DNA from: Antedon mediterranea
Taxonomy: Eukaryota; Animalia; Echinodermata
NCBI RefSeq assembly: GCF_964355755.1
Contig: NC_092680.1
Location: 9,424,001 to 9,488,000, forward strand
Direction: 5' to 3'
DNA length: 64,000 nucleotides
The position numbers and the translations under genes are program-made. The notes under the pieces are model-generated. The model saw only the letters and a program-made list of their open reading frames with translations, was not told where the DNA came from and made no database searches. Positions 28,001 to 40,000 of the stretch are shown piece by piece. The first letter of the stretch is position 1. The number at the start of each line of letters is the position of its first letter.

Positions 28001-31000
28001 TTTAATAGAAGAACGATCGCAAAAATAAAGGCCACACAAAAATCATGAAATTGCCCACGATGTTGTTACGAGTCGATCAGGCCTAGGCTTAGTTTAGGTA
28101 GGCCTATTATTATTGTCTAGGCCTAGACAATAGAATTATGGACAAAATGAATATTGCGAGTGAGTGGCCGAGCGGTTAAGACAGTGGAACCGTAATTACG
28201 TAGCCATAACATCGGCAAGGGTTCGAGGCTCACTCGCTCCATGGTTCTGGTGGTAGAACGAGTCTTCTCGGATAAGGACTATAAACCGTAGGTCCAGTGT
28301 ACACATAGCTCATGCGCACTTTAAAGAACCTAGTACATCTTTCGAGACGAGTAGGGGGTTACCCCGGTGTACTAGTCCACACAAACACAGCCACTGTCAC
28401 ACACAACCACTGTGCAAATTGGGACTGGACCGTTTTAGAGGTGTTTACCACCTGTTGGTCCAGATCCTTCACTAACTGAGTTAGTGAGAAGTCGAATAAA
28501 AAAAAAAAAAAAAAAAATATAAAATAGTTACGTTAAAATTGTGTATTCCTTGAAACATTTACAATCCTTTATTGTTAGGTCAGATGTAATTAAAACAATA
28601 AAATAATTACAACCGTCCGAAAATGCTAGGCTCTACTAAAATTGCGCTTCGTTAAAAACGATGAAATTCCTCATTGATTGAGAAGCATGGCACCATGGAG
28701 GATTAATCGCTAAAATAATGATAGAATTGGAATAAAAAAGCTTACGGCATTTTTTAGGTATTTTATTAAATGTATGCTGTACTTGCTTGACGAATCCTTT
28801 GTCATTGAATAATCTGTAATGTGTCTTTAAAATGATTATTCCACATGCGAAGTAAACGGCAAAAATACCATCGCCTCACACCTTAGTGTGGGTGGAGATT
28901 CCTCACTGCATGATCTGGCAGGCGTTGTTTGTTGTTATAAAAACAAACAAAAATTTGGTAGAGTACATTAATTATGGGGGGGTTTTCACTATCTTAAGAG
29001 CCTATTAAGCACGTTCCTCTCCCACTGTGTAGTCAAAACATTTATTTATTTGCATTCCTAAATTTACAATCTCATATTCAGTCATTTTACTGACGCTATT
29101 CAATTGTTTGACGTTAATCGCGGGAATGAAATACATTTGACAAATTATAGAAGACGACTAGAAACTCAAATCACAAAAATAAAAGGCGGCGAAATAGTTA
29201 GAAATGTAAAATAGCGAAAATTTAGGGCCCCGAAAATGTTGGGCTTTACAGTATTAAAACATTTTGACTTATGCTTGCAGTACTTATCAACGCCTGAAAG
29301 TCAATCACTGCGTTGTGACCTGATACGATATATCTGTGGAGTTGTTCATCCGTCCAATGACATCTTGTGTTCGGATGTGATACAGAGATGGGCTGTGATT
29401 GGTTGGTTACTTACTACCTGTACTGTGAGTATGAAGCATATATGAACATTTCATATTGGGTTACAATTAACCAGTTTTAATTTGTTGTGTATCATTAAAT
29501 TTATCTAATAAATTGAAATTAATTTAACAAAATGCTAAATTGTTATTTTTTGGTGTATTTTTTTTCAGTCAAATGTAGCTGCATCTAGTGCCAAATTAGC
29601 TCTTTTCTATGACTGGCTTGTGTTTAGTTCACCAAAGGGAAACATTATGGATATAGGTAAGATTAGTCCGAAAGGAAAAAAATTGTTTTATTGTTTCTGC
29701 ACAGAAGGCCATCTTCTCTTATCTCATCTTTCTAAGTCCCAAATTACACATAGTATGTTTCTTCAAATATGTATACTAAACACATTTATTCTTCGAATAA
29801 GATATTTTTGTTTATTTTATTGAACATTATTTTCTCTTTTATTTATGATAGAGCCAGCAATACTTGTAATGCACCATTCAATGAGGTCTCATCCTGCAAT
29901 AACAGCTACACTTCTTGATTTCTTATGTAGGGTAAGTTACTACTACTGTATATAACTCTGTGAACCTAGCTAGGTCAAATGTGATGAAAATTAAGTGGTG
30001 GAATTAATGGGATTTTTGTTTGCTTGTATCTAGGCATGACAAGTGCTTCTTTCCTAAAAACAACAGTGATTGAAATGAATTCATTTGAACCATTTTTTAT
30101 AGTACAATTTGCTTACGTAATTTGTTTCCTGTTGTAGATTATTTCAAATTTTTATCCAGCTTTGGAGAGTCAGATTCGTCAAGGTGTTTTTTGTTCTCTT
30201 CGAGCTATTCTAGAAAAAAGAGTTCTTTCGTAAGTATTCCAATCGTCTAATGTGTTGGAGTACAGTAGTTCATCAATTACTTATTCATGTTTCTGGTAAT
30301 CAATAAATTAAGGAATAAAAGGTCCTATGAAAAGGCTTGTTAATGTTTTATTTAGTGAAAACATTTTGTTGTGGCTTCTATTGGTATATTAATATGATAG
30401 TTCGTTGAGTGTAAACCAGTATAATTTATATTTTACCTTACGTTTCAAGGCAGCTTCGTTTAGCTGTCAGCTTGACTTCTTCAGTTTCTATATAAAAAGA
30501 TGAATAGAGACAAAGGCGCGCACCAACTTTCACATATTTATGAACAACTCCCGACGACTGGTCCCCTGAGCTACACACCAAAAACACCTAGTTTCAGTTT
30601 CAGTTTATTTATCGAACACCTAGTGGCTGGAAAGGAGGCCAAACAGCATCAAAATGCATAGCAACTGAAGAAGTCAAACTGACAGCTAGACGAAACGTAA
30701 GGTATAAATAAGTTATACTGGTTTACACTCAACGAACTATCATATTAATGATTTATTTATAGTTTGTCAAAAATTAATTTTAAAAAGTCATCATTTTATT
30801 TTAGGAGGAGGAGCGTGTAAGTTAATAATGTAGTCATAAATAAATCAACATTTCTCTGCATTTTTATAGATCGTTGTCACCATTGTTTGACAATTCTAAA
30901 TTGGACAAGGAACTGCGAGCCATGATTAGGGAGACGTTTTCAGAGTTTTGTACACCAGACAGTAAGATCTTGTATTTATATGTACCATACATGATGTGGA

Positions 31001-34000
31001 GTGTCTTAGGCTCTGTGGCCCCTGGGTTTAACCAGTGACTACTCATAGCCGTTACAAGCTTTCAATTTTTTGCAACATAGAAACTAGCTGCCATTTCATT
31101 GTGTGCATGATGCAGGCTCACTACATTCCTGCAAACACTTTTGGCAGATTATAGGTCCGGAAAACAACCAAATTCTAGGTCTTAGCAAATCGAAAGCAAT
31201 AGTAATAAAAGACTTTTTAAAATAATTTTTTCCGAGGATTTTCCTTCATTCCCTGATCTCCTATCCACACTACTCATTAATCACCATTTTCAGTATGTAA
31301 GAACTGCTGCTAATTGCTATAACAAATATAAATAATACTGTTATACTAAACTGATTGTGCTATAATTCTTGATAGCACCACCAGCCAAGGAACCTCCAGC
31401 ATTGATTGATAGTGGACAAACATCAATGCAGAAAGAAGATGATACTGTCTCATCAAATCACAAAGAAGAGACAATACCAGAATTCAGTGATGACGAAGAG
31501 GAGGAAAAAAGTTAGTTTATCGTTTCTTCATAATCAAATTATATTTAATTTTTTACTGTTACAGAAGAAATACTGCAGTATATTTTTTTACCATACTATG
31601 AAAACCCCCAATCTTGGTTTGAATCTCAGTTGGGGCTCTTTTATCCTCAGAGACTCTCATCATTACTGTTTAAGCGCTAATTACTAATTTTTATTATTTA
31701 TTTCTGGGCACTTTGGGAGTTATTCTGTGCCTGTAAATGTTTTTGTAAATAGTATATATAATTCACCAGGCAATTGTAAATATATGATTATATATTGTAG
31801 TGTCATTATCAATCATTGTTTATGTTTTCGGCAGCAAACTGTAAAATTGATGAAAGGATCTTCCGTCCAATAAATGAAGAAGAGGAGGAGAATGAGGGCG
31901 ACATTGAATCATATCTAGAACAAATTGAGGGCGAACTTAAAGATATTTGTGAGCAGCTTTATGAACAAAGGTAATCTATCTGTGGTGCATGTGCGTACAA
32001 TAGAAGGACTAATGCTGTTCCGCCATACCCTGCTGAGAATGTTAAAGAGTACCTATCCAATTGAGTTTAAACAATACCATGAAAGTCCCAGTGGTCTAAT
32101 GGTTAGGACATCTGCATACCAAACAGAAGGTTCCAGGTTCGAATCTCGGTTGGGGAAACTTTTTCTCATTCTCACAGAATTCCTCATCTTATCGTTTCAA
32201 ATTAATTAAATTTCAATATATCACCGGGCGGTTTAGAATTAATGTTCTGTGCCTGATGTGTTTATATATATATATAAATATATAAATCCAAAGGCAAATT
32301 ACTGAAAAAATGACAATGCTGTGGGTATCAGTGGCTGGATCTCAATAGAGATTTAAAAAAAAAGCGAAAAGCTAAATCAAAATATAAATTTTGTTGTTCT
32401 TGAACAACAACAAAGCTTTTTTTTATGACCGTAGACTGAAGGAGGTAGTAATTTATACAAAATTTATAATGTGTGCATGTGTAAAAATCCAGTATACATT
32501 GCTCTATTCATTATAAAGATTATATTTTGTCAATTTACGTTCATCTTTTTTTTTATTAATTGAAAGGTAGTATTAGGCTTTTATTGAACTGAAAAAAACA
32601 TTTTCTGGTACACATATTTCTTTTACATTGTCTCAAATATTATTGTTTTTATATGAAAGTATGTTAGTTATGTTTTCTTTATTTCAATCCACATCAGGAA
32701 TGCAGATACAGAAAGGCAGTGTGAATTAATGGAGAATCTGTGTGGAGTTATTCTTGAATTTGTAAGTATTAAGCATCCTAACGCAACATTTTGAATGAAT
32801 AGGGCACAAGGAACATGATTTGGAAGAAACACAGTGGTATAAGGAGTGACTAAATAAAATCATTAAAGGGAGCTTGGAATTTGAACATTCAGTGTAGAAA
32901 AGTGACATAAAAGATGCTGTATAAATATGGAATCTATTTTGTTACAGTCAATTAATGATATTATATTTATTTCTGTTTATAGGACACATTTGATGCTGAT
33001 ACTGCGGGACCACTAGCTATGTTTCTTTGTACTTTATATAAATCACATTTTACCAACGAATTACTACCACAAGAAATTAATGAAGAGTAAGATAATTGCA
33101 TTTGTTTTATATTATTAACATGAAGCACTAAGTTAAACACTGAGCTAATAATAATTAATAATTCTTCCAATCTGTTGGTATAATAATTATTACCAGTCAC
33201 CCTTATGTCCATGAATCACCATTAATGGTAAGAACTTTCAAGCCTGGTGAAATGTATTTGGTTGTTTTTTTTTCACAGATTTCTCTTAAATGTTCATATT
33301 TTCTTTCAATGCAGGTCAATAGAAGACTCAATAGGAAAACCAATTTTTGTAATTTTTAGGTGAGTACCGAAATTTGAAATAAATCATATCTTTGCTCATT
33401 CATTCGTTTGATTCTTGAGTCATGCCTTGTTGATTTTCTATTCAGGCATGACATCATTATGGGCCGCACGATTTTAAGAGCCAAATGTATCAACTTAATC
33501 AACACAATGTCTAAATAATCAATATAACCCTTTAATAAACAAAGCCTAACTCTCTGAATAATCTCTTAACAACCTGTGTAACTTTTTTTAAATTTTGATT
33601 AAGTAGTTCTTAATTAAAAGAATTTTTTTAGGATATATATCATCCACATTTATTCATTACATATCTAAAGCTACACTATCAAACTTGATGTAAATGTGAT
33701 GTGCCCGTATATGGAGACAATGATTTCATATCACTATATATATGTTATACAAATAATGAATATATATTTGTGTAATGGTACAAATAATGGCATGAGGTAA
33801 ATGATGAAAGGTTATTTTAATAATATATAACCTTCATTCACCAAATGCCATTATTTGTACCATTACACGAATATATTCATTTTTTGTTTTATATAACATC
33901 TAAAATAGATTCCTGTCATTTGAATCGGATTTAAAGACCCATTCCCAACAATTTGTGACGTTTTGTAAAAATAATTCATATATAGTACTTTAAAAACACT

Positions 34001-37000
34001 AAACCAGGTCATTCCTTGCCTTAAACGTTTTATGGTAAATTATTATAAAACGAGAGAAACAATGCACTATCTAAGCAACTCGCGGTGAATGTCCTCTCTT
34101 GGACAGTCTGTAGGCCTAGCTTAGCTAGGCTTAGTATTGTAGGCCTAGCTGGAAAACATCGGTAACGTACGAACATGATAGCTATAGGCCTAGCCTTACA
34201 TTGCATAGTTGCTGCATTAATTGTCTTTCAGTCTTTTTTTTAAACCTGGTATTTTTGGTGAAAAGTTAGGAGTCTTCTATTTGTTTTGGCCTCATTCATG
34301 ATTGATCGAAAAGTGGTTTAATTACAGAAGAAAAATGAAAATATCTATCCATGCTCAATACATGTTGGGATTTATAGTGGGCCACTTAAATTATTAGAAT
34401 CAACTTATTTTTCACATTTTCTAACAGATTAAAGATGAAAAAAGTTATCTCAATAGGACCATATAGTATTTATTTTTACATTAAATTAAGTTTGTGACCT
34501 TAAATTAGATCTAAAAAATGAAGGCAATGGGCTTTTAAATAGTAACATTTATTTGTTTTTTATAATATATTAAATATTATATTTATTTGGATTTCATAAA
34601 CACACCTACTGTAGTATTAATTATGTCAACAAATGACCAAACAATCCTAGCCAAACAGGGCTAGAAAGGCAGCCATACAATTACGAAACTTTGACCATAT
34701 TTAGGCATATCACTACCATTTTTGGTTATCCTCACTTGGTGGATAACCTCTTGTATTGTCGTGATCTTTTTTTTTTCTAATTCTTCTTTCCCAAAATTTT
34801 GTTGCAGCTGTATCTCTCTTGTCAACATAAGATTGTATAACTTTGTCAAAAGATTGACCTCAAGCTGTAAATGTGCAGGAAACTTTGTTATATGACGTTA
34901 GAGTCGCGCAGCTTAAGTTACATTTATGAAATGTTATGGTTGCTTAATATATAAATTATGAACAAAAATTTTTTTTCAGTAAAACTTTATACGAAAGTGT
35001 ATTTCATAATATGGAGCAACTTTTGACATGATAAAAATGGCATGCTACGCAAAATATTATGCGAGTATGCATATTTGAAATTTCAATCATAATCAATTTC
35101 TTAACATTTCAGGCCATTTTGAACATTTCAATTTGTTTGCGTTTTGCGCATGCACAGCTCGTACAAAGCGTAGAATTTTTTCAATTGATTTTTGTTTTTC
35201 ATACCTTCTTTAGTATATTTAATTCATTTTGATGAACTTTGATTGCAAATTAACAACGCACATGCACGTTAAACTTTAATAATCGTGTGCTATAAATGGG
35301 TAATTTAATGCAAATTTTTGCAAAAATATAGCTATTTTTAATCGATTATAGCTCCTCAGGATGGCTGGTGACATCCATTTTTAAAATTTTATTATAAAAG
35401 CCGATGAGTTGTAATCTATTTCAATTCACATCTACCGAATGTTTTTACATCATATGGCCACTCAAATTTTAAGAATAGTATTTTTGTCGCTTTAGTTAAT
35501 CCTGTTTAATAGAGCGCATCGTGCTAATACATACCATACCCCATTTTCTCCTTCATTTTAATATGTCCTTGCCTAATAAATTTGTTGTCACATGAACTAG
35601 AAACATTTTTATTACGTTATATCAAAAAATTAGAATAAAGTGAGTTACTTAATTTCATCTATACACTATATTTTAAACTGTTACAGCTCATCAGAATGAA
35701 AAATGACTTGTGTGATTAAAACTTATTATGGAAGCTGTTGAATTGTAGATATGAATTCATATAAACATTTTGTCTATCTGATGGCATAACGTAAATACTG
35801 TTATGCTTTATGACACAATATAGGTACAATTCAGCACTGTAAACATATTTAATTCATAGGATGGCATAATAATTATTGGCATTCATATTTTAACGTGCAT
35901 GTTGCGTTTGCGCGGGTAATCCAAACTCAAATCTAGTTATTTTTTCCCCTTGTCTGTAGGAACCTTAACCAAGAGAATGAAGATGAATTATGCCCTGTAG
36001 AATTATTAACCTTAGTATGTTGTATGTATGAGAAACAGAAACAAATTGGCTACCATCTTTTATACTTCCTTCAAGCAAGGTATGTTTCATTTAATTATTT
36101 GATGCTTTATCATCATCATTTTAAGATAATTATGATAAACACAAGTTATTACCATGTCAAATGACTGTAACACTATCAACCATGATACAGATGATGTGTG
36201 AATTTATTACATCTATTTTCTTGGTGGCTGGAATGGGAAAATAATCAATAAAATGTTATATTTCAGTAAGAAAACAACAGAAAATAAACTTGTTGTCTAT
36301 GAAGAAGTTTGCAAGAACACAGAACTCAAAGACCTTGGAAAATGCTTAGTTAAAGATTTTGGAGTAAGAATAACAACGGCAGGGATTGTTCACAAACACT
36401 GTTATTAAGGAGCTATACATTCATAGGACATTTTTAAATCCGAAATTGTTTTCCTCTCAGTGTTTGCCACTCTAGCCTAGATAGTATAATATTATTTTTC
36501 AAGTGTGGCTTGCCCCCTCCATTTCAGGAAGATTTTACACATTTCTAATTTTAAAATAAATAACGTAATTTCTAGGTGGTATGTATTCTGTACTGGTTAT
36601 TAAAACTGTTACATTTATTAAAACAGCACACTGTTTGAGCTTTGATTTGTGATCCTCAGTGTTATGTACCTCTCCTCTGTGTGAACTAATTACTTTTTAC
36701 AAGGAAATTCACAAATGTTTGAAGATCAATCTTATCAATTTCCTACTCAATTTTATTTGTAAATTAGATAAAAAATTCTAATTTGTGTTTGTTTTAGACA
36801 TGCCAAGAGGACAACGTTAGGCTGATGTGTTTTCTTATCCCACCTGTATATGCAAATGTAAGTACACTTGGTTTTGATTTTTTTAATATATAGAAAGTTG
36901 GACTATATAAAATTTACTGTACCTAAATTGGAAACAATATATATAATTAATCTTTTGTATTTCTCTATATAATTTTCAGTTTCCAGATGCAACTATTAAG

Positions 37001-40000
37001 AACATTGATCTTTTGAATATAGTAGCTGGATCATTAGACCCTTCTCAAGTAAGTCAATAACTAGCATATTTTTAAATAGTATTTATAAAGCGCACATATT
37101 TAAATAATAAATGCTCAAAGCGCTTTATTCTAAGTACTATCATGGAAAAATGTAAATATACCTTTTACACTTTTATACTATAGATACTAGAATAGTTTTA
37201 TATCTTTATCTATATTTTATATACCTGTATAATATTTTCACCAGCTTCAAGACCTTATCTGTGAAATCATGGAAGGATGCCTGGAGATGTTCAAGAAAGA
37301 GTCTGTAGCAAGTGTTTTAGGTAAGTTACTTATTTGGACTAATAAAGTGTTACTGAATGTGAGTGATTAAAAAAGGCCTTAGATTAAGTGAGCAAGCAAA
37401 ATAATAAGTAAACAAGAAGGTAAAGATATGTATTATTGAATATAAAAGGCACAAACCAGACAATCCCTATCAACCCTGTGTTCTGGTCTGAGCATTATGT
37501 TTGTTTATTTCTACTCTTTACTACAATGGGACACAATCCCTATTTTTTCATTCACATGAGTGTCCCATTTGAAGGACGAGATGTTGATTGTTTATCAATT
37601 TCTGTTTCAGAGGAGACTCTTGGCTGGGAAACTTTTGAGCAATACATAGTGTGGCAATTATTAGCAGCCCATGAGATAGAAGTAGACCACTTCATCACAG
37701 TTGTACCAAAGCTTAACTACCGGGGTGTGTTTAACGTTTAACTTTTTTTCAAAGTAGCACCAAATAAGAATGAATAATTTACTATTTTTTCAAATTTTAA
37801 TCATACATTTTAGAAAGAATTGAATAGAAATGTTTTTTTTGCATACCATATAAAAAAGATAGGAGACTTTTTTCAGCTCAGTTGTAATTAGGTTATATGC
37901 ATTATCATGCATATAACCTCTTGATTCTGTCAAAATCTTTATTTATTTATTTATTCTTTCCTTAGCACTATTTTGTCCGTGAATTATCTTGATATCAGTT
38001 TCATCTATCTAAGTCAATTTTTCAGAGTATATTCCTTATGGCCAGGAATCGATGTGGTTATATTTTCACGATGCGTAATCAAAAATTACGCGGTCTACGC
38101 GCGATTTTACGAAATCACGTTTGTAATCACATCTTCACAAGCATGAATCACAATTAAACAAAATTTGGTACTCATAAATTTCAGGTCATATTTCATCATA
38201 TGGCAATACAATTACGTGCGTAGCGCATATAACGCTTGCGTACGCGCGCTTAAAATGTTCAAAATTGTCAAAATTTATTTTCGATGAAATTAGAGTACGT
38301 TTCAGGCAATTTTAAGCGTTTAAAAAATTGCCATGAGTGCGCAGATTTTTGCACGCGCACTGCGCGTTATACGTTAATGCGCACTCTTTTTGTCCGATTT
38401 CGGTTGTACAACCTTTCTTTAATAATATCATCATATTTTATTCACTTTTCAACGCGTAATTGCCTTATACGAGCACGTCAAAAGTGACAGGCTACGCACG
38501 TGTAAGTTAACAAAATGGTGAAAATATGCTAAATTTTAAAATTAATATAGATCGTCAGAATGCTCGGGAACACATATTTTTTATTTCATTTTCTTGAAGT
38601 GTATGTATCTTATGTATGATTTATTATTAAACTAAGGGAACAAAAGTTGATTAAGCCATAATTAATTGCATATTAAATTAAAAAAAATTCATTTCGACAA
38701 TCAAACAAATTATGACATTTTCTTAGGCCAAAATAACAAACTTAACATTAACTTTCTTCCTTCAAAAGTTCATATATTAAAGTTAAAAGTATATAGTTTG
38801 ACAGTGCATCCTTTTTGTACATTTTTAGAGATGTCATCATAGTAAAAAATTATAATTCATTGCGGTATGTAATAATCTATCTGCACCAAAGTGGTTACTG
38901 CATAGTAAATACACGGAGGAATTTTTCTACAATTTTTAGTCAGTTGTGTATGGCTCGGTGGTGTGTGCTCGTGTCTATGGCACTCAAGGTACCGAGATCG
39001 AGTCTCACCTTGGGAAACGAAATAAGATTTTTTTTTTATTATCCGTATTGTTTGTTCAAATTTACTTCTTAGTGTATATATTATACACATGATTTATAAT
39101 GAAATCTAGATAAAAAATAACTTATGTCTTTATTATTATGTAACAGCAAATGTGGTTTATGACATTATACGCAGAGGGATCTTTGATCGGATTGTGATAC
39201 CGGCTATTGTATTCGCGTTAGCAAGGTCCTATCATATATTATAAATAATTAAAGAATCTGAGAAAATCAATGAATCAAAATATCTTTTAAAAATCAATTA
39301 TCTTTATTTAAATCAATGCATATAACCTATAATTCGTCATAGTGACGAATTAAATCTAGTTCTTTTTTGTTTTATTGTTTGAAGATCATCCTGAAGCATT
39401 GGCTAGTATTTTACTGATGCTCAAACTAGAAAGGTAAGCATATAATCATCATTTTAAATTTTGTAAGAGCGTGTGGCGCAGTGTGTTGGATGCTGGATTA
39501 CTGATCATGGTTCGATTCAAACTCTCGCCGCATTGCTTGTATCCGTAGGCAAGACACTTTACTTGCGTTTGCCTGTCTCCACCCAGGTTATAAAATGGGT
39601 TTTATACTAGCTGATTACTAGCTGCATTATGGGCGTATGTTTCCATACGTTTTTGATCCAAAAAATTACTGGGGTAATAATGTTCAGCGCATTGAGAGCT
39701 TGCTTATATGCGCTAAGAATGAACTATTATTATTATTAAATTACTATTAAGAGATTAACTTCCCCCAGGGTACTATTGCAAAAATAGTGTCCTCATAGGA
39801 ACTCTGTGTTTTATATTTTAAAGTGGTCAAATTTTAAATATTACAAATTTTACTTACCCTTAGGTGTTCTTTAGACTTTCTGAGGCCTGTGATGTGTCGG
39901 AACGGTCAAAATGGCGACCGGTTCGCCACAGCAATCCTTTGTAATTGGATCATCCAAGATGAACAACACATTGCTGAACAGACCAAAACACTCATGATGA

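Noticed and set aside
32085-32157. Functional tRNA gene
   Set aside because: The acceptor stem has mismatches and the anticodon loop is the wrong size; a SINE head or pseudogene is more likely.
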